Shown: piece after piece, positions 40,091 through 53,873 of the stretch | Position numbering within the stretch: position 1 is the first letter of the stretch | How the letters are laid out: every line of letters begins with the position of its first letter | Source of the DNA: Eledone cirrhosa | Lineage: Eukaryota | Length of the DNA stretch: 64,000 nucleotides | NCBI GenBank assembly: GCA_964016885.1 | Contig: OZ024740.1 | Location: 222,332,001-222,396,000 of the forward strand | Direction of reading: 5' to 3' | Notes under the pieces: generated by a model | What the model saw: the letters and a program-made list of their open reading frames with translations, nothing else | Databases searched by the model: none | What the model was told of the DNA's origin: nothing | Translations under genes and position numbers: made by a program

Positions 40091-41101
40091 TATATAGGCA
40101 AAAGGATTTTAATTGTTTACAATATACAATAAATGTTTGAGACACAATGATTCAGCTGATATATTAGATATAATTTGTTGATTAATAAGAAATCTAAAAT
40201 TAACCTATTTTAAGTAATTCATCGTATTAGAACAATGGATGCTTAATATATTTCAAATGGAATAAAAGACAATTAAAATGAAGATCGACAATTTACTAAA
40301 ATAAGATTTGAAACGTGGAACTTGAATAATCAATTGTAAAGCGGATTTCTTAAAGTCTAATCATATCTGTTTATTCCCGAAATTATTCCTGAAATTTCGG
40401 CAATAATTATTTTTATCTGAAAAGATAAATTTGTAAACATAATTTTAAAGTATTTTCTGATACATTCAAGCAAATGGTTTAAAAGGGTAAGAAGTTTGAT
40501 TCGTGATCATGAGATCCAAGTTTCGATACCAATTCATTAAAGGTCTAGCCTTGTCATAAATTGTCAGGCTAATTCAGCATAGAAATTATATTAAGTGTAC
40601 ACGCATTTGATCAAGCAAATGAAGGCTTATCGTCAGACACTAAAATAGGTATTGATTTCTTACACAAGCCTCAAATCTGAGAGAAAGGCATATTCGACTG
40701 CAGTACTTTACAGGTACTTCATTTTACCGGCTACTAAAGGATGAAAGACAATGTTGGCATTAGCAAAATGTGAACACAGAGCGTAAAGAGCTGCAAATGA
40801 ATACTGTAAGATATTTCGTCCAACGCTATAACGATTCTGTTAAACCAACACCTTTTGCTAATGATGTATGAGATAATATTGTATATATTTTTGTCTAAAT
40901 TGGATATGATGTCTAAAATACATTCATATTTGGTCCCTATTAGATAGAGTTTACGCGAATGATAAATATATGAAATTATGTATATTTTATAATACGTCAA
41001 TTAATACTGCGATAAATTAAATATATTCGTTTCCCTTTTCTAATTTAAGGATTGTATGATAAATCACATTATTTTACATTACATCATATATATTTATATA
41101 T

Positions 41102-41145
<44 letters not shown>

Positions 41146-43485
41146 TTATATACATATATAATATTTCTCCTCAAATGTGACTTCACGGTAGTCTTTCAAT
41201 TACTTCTTAATCACATAAAATAAATCGTTGGAGGCAAAACAGTTTGGATGCATTTCTTTTTTAATACACCTTTTAACTGTAGTGAGTTGAAATACTGCCA
41301 GAATGTATTTATCTTCGTGTGTCATCCAATAAATAAGTACCCATAAAATACTGGTATCGATTTAATCGTCTCCTCTATAATACTAAAAACTTAAAAGTCT
41401 GCTGTCAACTAAATAAATATTCATTTCTAAAAGGTGCGGTTTTTAGTCCCTTTATGTGCTCAATTAATATTGATTTATGTTTCACTCTTCTCAAAGCCAA
41501 ATTTTGTAGGATCGATAATATTCGTCTTTTGATCACTTCCTATATATTTTGAATAGATCTTTGGAGAGAGCCAAAATATTTCGGATACATTTCTGTATCT
41601 AATATAGTAGATAAACTGACTGCACTGGATTCAAATATTGCCAGAATGTGTTTGCTTTCGTATGGCAGCGGATAAATAAGTACCTATAACATAACAGTAG
41701 AATTTACTCATTATATTACTGAGGATGCTTTTATCAACACAGTGGGATTTCAATTCAAAATATAGAGTGGTGAAACAAAATACCGTAAAGAATGCCGTCC
41801 GACATTGCTATGTTTGACAACTCACTGCCTTTATAATCTCTTCATACTGACAGCCTCAGATCCACAATACTAACAGCATTTAATCTGAAATGAGGCTATT
41901 AGATATTTCTGAACGATAAAAAGGCATAAAATTGCATACGGTTTGGATTCCCCACGCATTCAATAGAATGCATATAATGCATCTGATTATCCAATATTAA
42001 TTGTTATTTCCCAATTCTTCAGTAAATCTACAAAACGAGAAAATTTACACCTTCATGATAACGATAATCCGATGGAGAAAAGAGAATTAAGTTTATATTG
42101 TTTACCTCTTTCTACTTTCGGCAATAGCTCCGGCGTAAATATTTCTTCGGCATTCCCCAGCAATTCTCATTGGTGTTCTTTTCAAGTCATTCTCAGATTA
42201 ACTTCAACGGCTAAAGTATCTGCTTGAATATCACTCTGTCAGATGAAATGTCCACAATTTGAGGATACTTGACTGAATAATGCATTATTCAGGTAGCAGA
42301 ACATAATATATTATCTGCTTATTCTACATCAGTGAATTTACAGTATTAGCAGAACCCTTGTGATGCATTTAATCACAAAGGGAACATTATATATACACGA
42401 AGTGTTGTCCTTTCTCTTTCGCAATAAATGACGAACGGTCTTTCCAGATAATCCATGTTAAAATCGATTTGTTCTTCTTACGTCACAATCAGTTGTCGAC
42501 TATTTTCCTTTGCAACTTTAACATTTCTGGCCATAAAGAATAAGATACTTCTGCTTGTTGAACTCTTACATCTATAATCGTATTAACACATTCTTTGGCT
42601 CTTTGTATCGGAGGAAAATCCGTTTAATAGTTTCACTTTTTATATTCTTAAGGTTAGTCTTCTACTCAGTCATATCACTTTTGTCAAAGAATCCATTCCC
42701 TAAAGCGATATTAGTTTGAAACACTATAACGGACTCGATACATTCTTTTATTCTTTATAGTGTACTCCAGTGACTTAATTTTCTCGTTATATGTTCATCC
42801 CCAGTATTGAGGTCTCTGGTAATAATTTCTCTTACAAATATCTCTATTATGTTCAACTTATCAACATGAAATAGCAACAACTGTTACACACAACCGTCTA
42901 ATGTTCAAAGCAAACTGATGCATTCTGTCATAATATAGTTACAAACATCCAAGGAATAGTAATTCAGCACCTTATATAAATGTCGTCCAGCGGTCAAATA
43001 CAATATCTTGAACACTTTGAATGTAACTATATTTGTATATATGGTTATTTTGTCAATTCGGTGATTTAAAACAAATACCTGTGACTATAAAGATGCATGG
43101 CATTCAAGAGATCTAGACCAGCATAAGAACATGAATAAATACATTCAAATAACTGGCAAAACACCAACTCAAAATAAGCCTACAATGGTATTAATTTCAA
43201 TGTGATAACAAAACTTATAGTGATAATTTATAGTGATAACAAAACTTCCACACTTTATTGACTTTCAAATTTCACAACATAAACTGTTCGTTTAATTAAG
43301 TTACATAGATTTTTAATAATTTCATTCGCCGAAATCAAAATATAAATATGTCGGATATATTTACGTATGTATGGGATATCTTATAGGTAGTAGTTTCTAA
43401 GTAGTAAAACCTCAAATCTTAAATCTATTTAGATTTAAGATTTATTGATTTTAATGACTTATAAAGAGTAATTTTGTTGAGCAAG

Positions 43486-43569
43486 ACTGGTTAGTACTTC
43501 CAAGTAATGTTTTGTTTTATGATTTAGTTACATGATAAAACAAAATATTACTTGGAAGTACTAATCAGT
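43486..43569. repeat. 35-bp inverted repeat at the 5' junction of a SINE
   Basis: ACTGGTTAGTACTTCCAAGTAATGTTTTGTTTTAT versus ATAAAACAAAATATTACTTGGAAGTACTAATCAGT, 2 mismatches. Confidence 0.9.
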
Positions 43570-43688
43570 ACTGAGTTCAAATCCTGCCGAGGTAACTTTG
43601 CCTTTCATCCTTACGGGGTCGATAAAATAAAGTCCCAGTAAATGCACTGAGATAATTGCTGGCCTTGTGCCAAAAGTAGAAACAATTA
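43570..43688 (+). mobile_element. 5'-truncated family 1 SINE
   Basis: CTGAGTTCAAATCC...GCCTTTCATCCTTACGGGGTCGATAAAATAAAG...GTAGAAACAATT. Confidence 0.9.
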
Positions 43689-45399
43689 TTTGGTTACATA
43701 AAATATTAAAGAATTTAATATTTAGTCAAATATATAGAAAAAAGAAAGTAGCATGGCAAAAGATACATGTTATAAAGGAGAGGAAAAGGAAGGATCATCT
43801 TTGAATCCCAGTCAACGCTCATTCAGATCCTGCTTATTTCCACACGTTGATAGAAAATGATTGAAACATTTCTCCATGCTTTCGATAAAAAATAACATCT
43901 TTTCCTGTAGAAGATTTTTAGGGCATATGATTATGAAGAGGCCTGGATAACTATAAAACTCTTATGTACACTTATCACTCCTATATGCTTGTTATGAAAT
44001 TATCATCGTTATTAATGTAGGAATTTCAGTGACATGAGAAACATCAATGTAACTTTGAAAGTTTGTAAAACTCAAGTAGTCAGTGTGATGGCTATGATGC
44101 ACTGATATTTTTACAATATAATTTCTGTCACAAGTAGCGTTTACGTGATGCGAATTGTGTAATATGTAAATAATGTATTATGAAATATTTTTGACATGAA
44201 GTAGAGAAAAGTATATTCCAAAAGTATGAAAAATACAGCATCATTTTGTTTCCCATCATTAACATTTTTAACATTAATACATACATATTGATTTTATGGT
44301 ATTTCACATAAACTGCATGGAGAATTTGCATTATGTGTTTTGATGGCTACATTCCTGCTTGCTAAGGGAGATCACAGGCCATGAAGCTTTTGCTGACATT
44401 AGCATAGAAGCATCAACCATTTTGTTATAGCTGTTCGGTTATTTTATGGTGACAATGCACAAATTTGTTCCCTGCTTCATTGATCATTCCTAGGAACCTA
44501 GAATTTCCAACTTCAATCTGACAGTAATTGGTTATTTTTATTTAAGACATTCTCCAAGAATGAAACGACAGCACAAAGAAATAAAACAAAGATTAATTGC
44601 TGGTGCCTTCTTTAAGTTTCATGCATGACTATGTTGGCATATATGTTAGTTCGTAGTGTATTGCTTTATCCAACTTAGGGAAAATAAAATACACATTAAA
44701 ATAAGCATATTGCAGGAATGTTCAGTGAAGAAGTATTCCTTCTGAGACAAAAGACATGTTTATGAAACATAAAATTATATGCAAATACTTTGGGAATTAA
44801 ATTGAAAAATTCTGTGTCATATCAGAATCGATCGAATTATATAATAGATAAATAATATAAAATAAATTTCTAAATTCTACTTTCTTCCAAATATAATTTT
44901 ATCAAATATGAAGCGTTTAAAAATGTTGATTTAAAAAAATTAACAACGCTTTAGTTAATAGTTTTCAATTATAGAGTCTGTCCCCAAATAAGTATATAAA
45001 GGGACTAAACGATATATGTCACACACAATAAAATTACAAATAGATATTAGTTTTATTAATTTCAGTACTAACCTTTTAGACGACTTTAATCATCGATACA
45101 GAAAGGATAAAAGGCGACGCTGAATTTAAACTCATAGACCAGACATTCGAAAAAAATCATAGCAAAGAAGGACATGTATAATATAATTAGAGATACACGA
45201 CCCGAATAAGATAACATTTTGTCACTATTGGAACTATTTTGATCTAATCAGTTTGATCTACGGTTAAATAGTTGATCCGAATCGACAAGACCTCAGACCT
45301 CATTCGCTTACCAAGTGAAGTGGAACTCGTCAGATTGGATCAAGAAAAAATTGTTTACATTTGTCCCGCCAATTACTGTTACTATCTACCGGTCGCAAC

Positions 45400-45530
45400 C
45401 CCTGGCAGAAGAAGCAATTTGAAATAATTGTCTTGCAGAAGAGCACAATGCACTGCCTGGCTCAGGAATCAAATTCACAACCATACGATTGTGAACCCAA
45501 CTCTCTAACCACTAAGCCATGTGCCTTACA
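45400..45530 (-). mobile_element. Family 2 SINE 5' part
   Basis: CTCTAACCACTAAGCCATGTGCCTT end matches 8440-8464. Confidence 0.75.
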
Positions 45531-45769
45531 CTAGTGTAATGTTTAATAAATACCACTAATAACAACTCAATCAGTTTCCACATGAATAAGCAACAACATA
45601 TACGCAACGTAACTCTTGATGGAATCGTAGGGGCGCCGTACAGACATAGGGATTTTCAAGGGCATTTTTTTAATCTGGTGGAGCACATCTCCTCTCCAGG
45701 TCTGAACACGACAGATTTATTGCAGAGAAACATAGAAAGTGAGATATATATATACTGGAGGAATCGACC

Positions 45770-45918
45770 TCACTACTGTTACCATACTTATCGACCTCGA
45801 ATCGATGAAAGGCAAAGTTGACCTCGGCTGGATTTGAATTCAGAGATCAGAGACCCGAAAAGAATACCGCAAGCCATTCTATCCGAGGTCCTAATGACTC
45901 TGCCAATTCTTCTGCCTC
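45770..45918 (-). mobile_element. Older family 1 SINE
   Basis: GATGAAAGGCAAAGTTGACCTCGGCTGGATTTGAATTCAG. Confidence 0.75.
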
Positions 45919-47465
45919 AACAAATTATGTAAGGAATGGAATTGTGTCTCTTATATACACATAGATCACAGTTTTATCAAATATATTATATAACGTTAAT
46001 ATCTATATCCATAAATTGCAGGCATGGCATGTTTAATAGCCAGAAACTTGTGTATGTTATTCCTTTTCTGCATTGAATTTCACAAGTATGGAGAATCTGT
46101 ATAACTCATGACACTAAGTATCTGCACCTCAAATATTTCTCTCCTAGACACTAAGCAAGGTTTTGTTTTAATGGGATGCCAGAAGTTGTCCATGCATGAT
46201 AGCTTCCTCTCTCGACACCGTCCATGGTTTCCGATAAAGTTTGACACTAGAGTCGTCACAGGGATTACCGTCGGGACAGATACTGCAAAACATCCCGCCC
46301 GACGATCTACCAATTTCTCCGCAAGTCACCACCTTAAAATTATAATTTACATATCGATTCTGAAAAGCAATATTGGGTTTAGTGGCACTTGAAGCCATAG
46401 CACAAAATGGCTGGAATACATATGGCAAGACATTCTATTTGACGCTCAAATGCCAATACATCACATTGCTACAAATCCATACATATGTATATATTTGTAG
46501 GAACAGATACTTTTCTTTTCCATACTTGTTTGGGGAATGTGAACACGGACCGTCTTAGTTATTGAAGAAGCAAAGAAAAATTGCTCCTTTTTATATATGT
46601 CACAGGGGCTTTGTCTGCATGCAGAAATGTGATAGCAAAGATGTTAAGTAACATAAATGTATTTCCAAGGCAACAGTCCGCTGAAAGTTGTTGAGCGCAA
46701 ATACCTGATTACTTGTAGTAAAATCATATGTAGAGAAATAACTAAAAATACTAAATGTATATACTAGTCTTTACGGGAGTCTACTAATAAGTTGTCAGCA
46801 CTTAGAGGATTTATACGAACAAAAAAAAAAGTCAGCTAGCATTTAACCACGCTATTTACTCCAGAGCTTTCCAACTTAAAAAGACCAATTCATGTAATAC
46901 GATGGGTGCTGCTTCCACTTTTCGAAAAAAAATATGTTTAAACAATAAAAAAAATTAAATGTCAATTTCTCACATCCCCAATTTCATTATGACCACTGAG
47001 TCACTACTATCAACAGTTCCTCCACCCCACCCTCTATATTGTCACAGGAACAATCACTATTCCTTCTCTGCAAAACTGTAGCAATACCTGGCTGTTTTCA
47101 CCCATCGAGATTGTCATGGAATCCACAAAGCTCAAATGTAAAGTAAAACAATGTGTTGAAGGTGGAGGGTACATATTTAATTAAGCAGCATATCTCATTT
47201 GCTCTCTGTAGACATAGATTGAGAAAAGCTAGTCATGGATATGTACTACATCCGTCCCACACCACAGGCTTTATCTCAGGTGTGTTAACCTCCTTCCGTC
47301 GACTTCCTTACACAACTACATTGTTTAATTCATCACAATCCGCTTACACAAAATATACACTCGTGTCCACTGACATTTTTATCAAGTCATAACACTTATA
47401 TCTCCTCCCAACGAAGGTGATTTACTATATTTCTCCTTTGAAACACGCTACTTACCATCTCTTAA

Positions 47466-47735
47466 GGGCGTAGTCAGGGTGTTAGACACACAATCATAAT
47501 GCCGTGAGTTCGACTCTTGGACCGTGTTGCATGTTATGTTCTTTAGAAAACCGTTCATTACACATTGTTCCAGTACTCTCAGCTGAAAATGAGTATCAAA
47601 CGTTGCTGGGAGTTAACCCTACGATGGACTCGCATCCTGTCCCGAGAAGACACTTATTCTCTCAATCGTTTAACGCTAAGGCAAACCGGAATAGTCACCG
47701 AATTGCTGGGCCTCCGAGCTTGCAATAGACGTTTA
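47466..47735 (+). mobile_element. Family 2 (CORE-like) SINE
   Basis: GTGAGTTCGACTC B box; CTCTCAGCTGAAAATGAGTA...GATGGACTCGCATCCTGTCC. Confidence 0.75.
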
Positions 47736-48255
47736 AATGTTTAACTTACAATCTCTTCAGGTGTCAATCACCTCCCTTTTCTTTCTAAATTATACATTCT
47801 CATTACTATCCTCTTTCTGTTGCAACAATATTTTTCACTCTATCAGACAAGATATCTGTTCGGAATCATAAGCTTAAGCTTCCTTATACTCTCACAACAC
47901 ACAAAGTGACGACCTTTAATCCAAGATTAGCGGAATTGTTAGAGCGTTGGACAAGATGTCTTGCGTGGTTTAGCCCCGACTTTTTGTGTTCTTAGTTCGA
48001 ATCCCATGATGGCCTACATAAGGGGTTAACTTAATGTGTATCCGATTTTGGGTACCTTTAGCGGAGGCCACTATGCTGCAAACATTCAAATCATGTCTTT
48101 GGTTTCTTGATACATTTCTCCTTTCAATTTCAGAAGCTCTCAAAAGGTTTATGGAGACTGCTATTTCCTTCCTGTTTAAAGCAAAAGAAAATGTTTCAGA
48201 TATTTTCTAAGATGGCACGATATGATTTATGGAAAATATGGGTATTAGTCTAACA

Positions 48256-48465
48256 CAGGCATGTCAAACTGAGGGTGGCCCGAGGGCCACATATGTGTTG
48301 TCTGAGGGCCACACACGACAACTAATTGCGTACATTACAACACATTTTTTAAATTTTACATTACGAAGATAAAATATGCTCCCGCTGTAAAAACCTTTGT
48401 GTGGGCAGTAAGTGTGCGTGTAAAGGATCACATGGGGCCCGCGGACTGCATCTTTGACATATCTG
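48256..48465. mobile_element. hAT-type MITE
   Basis: TIRs CAGGCATGTCAAA / TTTGACATATCTG; 8-bp TSD GTCTAACA at 48248-48255 and 48466-48473. Confidence 0.9.
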
Positions 48466-48590
48466 GTCTAACAGATCAACTGACTTTACATACGTTTCAT
48501 TGTTCGCTGGTCATATAGTATAATTGTGCGTGATGGCTATCACAATTAAGGAGAGGTTGTATGAAGGCCAGAGACACAACTAGAGAAAAT

Positions 48591-48868
48591 AATGGTTTCT
48601 TTTATAGGCACGAGGCCAGCAATTTTGGGGTAGGGGCGAGTCCATTAAATCGACCCCTGTGCGTGACTGGTACTTTATTTTATCGATCCCGTAAGGATGA
48701 AAGGCAAAGTTAACCTCGGCGGGATTTGAATTCAGACAGTAAGGGGACGTAACTCTATGCTGCAAAGCATGGTGTCCGACTCTCTACCGGATACTACCAG
48801 AGAAAATAATTGTTTCTACTTTTGGCACAAGGCCAGCAATTACCCAGTACATTACTGGTACTTTATTG
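48591..48868 (-). mobile_element. Two tandem family 1 SINEs (long variant 48591-48798; short 3' fragment 48808-48868)
   Basis: AGAGAAAAT occurs three times as a boundary (48582, 48799, 48873); TACCAGAGAAAAT flanks the second copy. Confidence 0.9.
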
Positions 48869-49400
48869 TACCAGAGAAAATTAGCTCAAAAATACCAATC
48901 GCGTTCGTTAAATTTTTAATTGAAAATAATACATGAAAATTACAACTGCATCTTTCTTGTTTTTACTAATGCAAATTTATCTATGATGTGGGCAAAGTGA
49001 TGACACCATCAAGTGGCTCTAATTGCACGTGCCATGCTTGCCGTGCCCTAGTTACGCCTCTGGTAAAAGATGAAAGGTTGAAGAAATTTCGAGTAAGACA
49101 TGCACTGTCTTCTATTTTTCACTTGAAACGGAACATGAAACTAGGAGAAACTCTAACATCTAATAAATTTTGTGGAAGGTGGATTAGATGTAACGTGTCA
49201 GGATGATGCAACACTTACCTTTCGTGTGTGTGCGGGGGAGGTGCATGTTTTATTAGAAGCCGGGATTTAACCTTTTCATGTATTATTTTACTATATAATA
49301 TTACATATATTATTTTAATTGTTATGTTTTATGATCTGATATGTGCATACAGATTTTTATTTAGATGTTTTTTTTCTTTGTTTTGTTGTCTTCCTTTTAG

Positions 49401-49414
49401 AATCCTTGAGTCAA
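49401..49414 (+). other. Candidate 14-nt micro-exon
   Basis: Long polypyrimidine tract ending CCTTTTAG|AATCCTTGAGTCAA|GTAAGT. Confidence 0.35.
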
Positions 49415-50120
49415 GTAAGTAAAATATTATTATCAATATTGATGTTAAAACTGCTTATAGTGGCTGTATGAACATTAATACATAACTGTACAACATATTC
49501 CATTATAGAAAGACAATTAGACACACATACGCAAATACAATTATATGTGATTGTCTGAATGTAAATAACAATATATAAATGAATACAATTCCCAATTTAT
49601 AGATGGCTATATATTATCATGAAAGTGTATCTGACCGAGCAGATCTCTGATAATCTTACAATAAAAATATAGTTGACAACAAACCAATATTTGCTACAGA
49701 ATACAACCTATAACGTATATCGGATGGCAGGTATTCCTAAAAGAGATTGTTTTAGTTCCAGATAATCTATGTGAATCATTGAAAGCAGTGATGCATTGGA
49801 GACTGACAGACGCCATCGCTATTGTAGTTTAGAGACCATTTTCTTCTTCTATTATATATTGTGCTCTGAATGTAATGCACCATTGTTGCAGCTATAGCAG
49901 ACAACATAGGCTGGTCATGTGCTACAACATGAAAAGCTACGCTTATTTCTTTACAAATGTGATGTAGAATTGAATTACTCGCTGTTTATCTTCTTCAGAT
50001 TTCAGATGACTGTACTATTTGCCATTACTTCCTGAGCTTGAAAAGAAAATTGTTTCCATCAAGTTTCTTTCCTTTCTGGGAATTTAAACAAAAACTTATA
50101 TATCTATATATATAAGTTTT

Positions 50121-50169
<49 letters not shown>

Positions 50170-51249
50170 CCAATAGTGCAAATATGTTTTGTTACTATCT
50201 TTTAGTTATGTGATTCATTTCAAGCAGAGATATTAAAAAAATATCTCATTGCTACTGTATGTAATTTGATAATTCCATAGATACTAAGTGCATGGTTTAT
50301 GAAACAGAAAGCAAAACTGAATATTTCAAATGATACTTGCAAAGACTTAGTGCTAGATAAAAGCAATAAAATATTGACTTATAAATCAGACATTTTCTTC
50401 ATTTGCACCATAACATTATTTTATTGCCTTCATTCTATGCTGTTGAAAATCAAGATTCAGTACGACTTTATATAATACGGACTATGTCCTCTTAAATCAC
50501 TCCTATTTCAAAACGTTCTCAGAATATCATAACTTTATATAAATTATATGTTCTGTCAACCCTTTCATTTCCATATTTTTCATAAAATAAACATCCTATC
50601 ATTTTCAAATAATTTTGTAATTAATTAGGAATTTTAAGGAGTTTAGTAAAATAGATTTTTCATTAATAAGCTAGTGTTTAGAACATAATTCAATGTAGTT
50701 TCTTATACAAATTTATGATGGAATGGAATGCTTTCACATAAATAAAAATATTTGAAAATAAATAGCTTTGTATTGTAAAACCTGGAAAAGTTTCAAGCAA
50801 TTTGGTGTCAAACGAATTGAAATAATAGTGTTTCAATGACTTCCTCCCAAAATATCAATATCTGAAAATTTATCTCAACTCTAAGTATGACAAAATGAAA
50901 TAAAATTCGAGGTGTTTGTAGGAACATATTTGTGTTTTGCAGTGAGAGGTGTATTCTGACATTTTAAAAGAAATGAAAAATGTTTATGAATTTAAGGAAT
51001 TCACACTGGTATTTCTTGAGAACATATTTTTCCCCAAATGTCAAAATTTACCTCCTTTCGTGGCACACTTATTTATCTGATTTTATACATTATTCTTGCA
51101 GATAATCATTAATTCCTCATATTCTTATTTTATATATTAAATTTAAGATGTGGAAAGTCACAGAATAATATTCATCATATTATCTAGTATTGTTAAGAAA
51201 AAATATCTACCTACTCCTTTATACAACAATAGTGAATAGATATGTGAAA

Positions 51250-51426
51250 TAATTGTCTCTACTTTAGGCACAAGGCCAGCAATTACCCAGTGCATTACTG
51301 GCACTTTATTTTATCGACCCCATAGGATGAAAGGCAAAGTCAACCTCGGCGGGATTTAAACTCAGATCGTAAAGGGACGTAACTATGCTGGAAAGCATGG
51401 CGTCCGACCCTCTACTGATACTGCCA
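51250..51426 (-). mobile_element. Family 1 SINE; a + strand 3' fragment follows at 51538-51628
   Basis: High similarity to 22-209. Confidence 0.9.
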
Positions 51427-51969
51427 CAGGTTAAATACATATTTATGTTCCTGTATAACAGGGATTAATAACCTCGTTTTGTAATAGTCCAATTTTGATT
51501 TTGTTTAGTTTTGAAAATGTGTCATATGTGTATTATATTTGCCTTTCATCCTTACGGGGTCGATAACATAAAGTACCAGTCATACACTGGGATAATTGCT
51601 GGCCTTGTGCCAAAAGTAGAAACAATTATATCATATGTTACATATACACATTTGAAAATGACTGGGATTCCCAAATAACACCTCTAAGGCTCACCTGTTA
51701 GCAACCTCTGCTTTATGGCTTTCAACAAAATTATAAAATGTGCCATAAAATACACAAATATATATACTTTAGTCAATATTCAAAGTAATTTGTTATATAA
51801 TCTATAGAGAACAGCTAAAGAATCTCTATTTTGACCTACTTGGGACTCAGGCAGCTTCAGTACAGTTGCTTCTCACTTAGGTTGGAATATTTACATAACA
51901 CTTAACATTGTTAATATTTCCGATGTATTTATAGTCATATCTATATGTATATCCTCATCCCGCCATATA

Positions 51970-53390
51970 TCATTATCATCATCATTACCATTTAATTTTC
52001 CTTTTTCCATGGTAGTATGGGTTAGACGAGTTGTCCTATTGTGAGGAATGCCAGGTCAGGTGCCCATGTCTTGCTCATACAGAACTGATTTTGGCTTGGT
52101 TTCTACAGCTGGATGCCCTTCCTAATGCCAATCTCATTTACAGTGAGTACTGGGTGCTTTTTGAAAAGACACGAACACAACCATTTTACAGTGTGGACTG
52201 GGTGCTTTTGTCATGACACCTACATGACCACTTTACAGTGTGGGTTGGGTGCTTTTTGTCATGACATCTACATGACCAATATACAATGTAGGCTGGGTGC
52301 TTTTTGCTGTGTTGCCATCATAACCACTTTACTGTGTGGGCTGGGCGCTTTTTGTTGTGTCGCCATCACAAGCACTTTACAGTGTGGGCTGGAGGATTTG
52401 CTAGATGTATTCTTCAGGATGTCCACGTGGGAGGGTGGGGGCGTGCATATATATATATGCTTCAGCCTCAGCCTGTGCCCGTGGGAAGGCAGGTCTTCTG
52501 TATTACTGCATAATACCAAAGATCTCGGCCCTGTGCCATTGTCTTTGAGAGGTGAAATTGGGCATGGTCAGCTTATATCACCTCATACCATGTCTTCCTC
52601 TGTCTCCTCGCTCCAAGGCTTCCATCAACTTTGAGCGCTCTGAATCTTTTTATACAGCTGTCATCCTTCATATGCATCACATGTCCATACCAATGCAATC
52701 TCCTCTCCTGCACACTGCATCTGATTTCTCTTATGCCTAGTTTCTCTCTTAGTCTGTTCATGCTTTGCCATTCATGTATATTTTTATCTCATATCGTTCT
52801 CACTCTGGCTACTGTACTTTCAGAACACCCACATCTGCAGCTAGTTTGGTCACCCAGGTAGCAGAATCTGTTTACTGCTTCTACTGAATCTTCTCAGAAT
52901 TTGATAGTGCTTGTTTCCTGCTTACTGGTGAAACTTCTACATATAAAACCTACATACTTAGCTAAACTTCCTGAGGTGTCACTACCTCTCTTGTCTACCC
53001 ATAGGTTGCATTTGAGACAGAGGATGGAATTTCTACCTACACCTTTCCTACACACAGAGCAAGGCCATTTCCCTGAGGGGATCAGCGTTCTGTTTTCTCT
53101 TCTACTTACTAGGACCTTAGTCTTTGTCAGGTTGACTTGAAGACCCCTTGTTTCTAGGCCCTGCTTCCATGTTTGGAATTTTTTCTCTAGTACCACCATA
53201 GACTCTGCTACAGGAGTTCGCATAGGAAGCCAGTCTTAAACTCCTCTGTTATTGCCTGCACTAATAACACCATTTAGTATTACTTGGTTTACAATACATG
53301 TGGTTAAGGTGTTACCTATTGACCAAGAAGCTTTCAGCATCTCGGCAACTATTCCCAATGTACTGGCTGCTTTCCCGGTCTTCATATCCC
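51970..53390 (-). mobile_element. RTE LINE lineage B with Cys-rich insert, internal deletions and long 3' UTR carrying about 42-bp tandem units
   Basis: MKTGKAA...VAEMLKA; GLQVNLTKTKVL; GKWPCSVCRKGVGRNSILCLKCNLWVDKR; RRLHWYGHVMHM; (GAT)n tail. Confidence 0.9.
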
Positions 53391-53606
53391 AACAAATACA
53401 TAACTGATTGCTTTATAAATCTTTGTAAATGTAGTGTTAATCATGAAAGGATTTAGTAATTTGCATATATTTAGTGCTTATAATTTTTATATATATTATT
53501 GTGCACTAAGAACGCAAATAGATATTTCTGGAGACATACTACTGAGTTTACTATGTGTACACATGCACATGCACACAAGCACACGCACACATACATACAC
53601 ACACAC

Positions 53607-53649
<43 letters not shown>

Positions 53650-53680
53650 TATATATATATATATACAGATATATATATAT

Positions 53681-53873
53681 ATAGGAAAATGTATGAACCC
53701 GACAGCAGAGCTCAAGCCGTTCCGACGGCTATTTCTGTCCAGAAATAGTCGTTGAAACGGCTTGAGCTCTGCCGTCGGGGTCATACATTTTCCTATTACC
53801 CACTCTACTACCCTAAGTATTGAGTACTCTCGTGCGATATGGTCCATCTGGTTCCTTACCACATCTCCTTCGT
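53681..53873 (+). mobile_element. Hairpin-plus-tail mini-element in (TA)n (family H4)
   Basis: Arms 53681-53737 and 53740-53796; tail 53797-53873; (TA)n on both sides. Confidence 0.8.

Noticed and set aside
52113-52634. 173-aa Cys-rich repeat ORF; spaced repeats superficially like a CRISPR array
   Set aside because: Antisense to the RTE 3' UTR tandem array; units are degenerate tandem copies without unique spacers, in a eukaryotic context with no cas genes.
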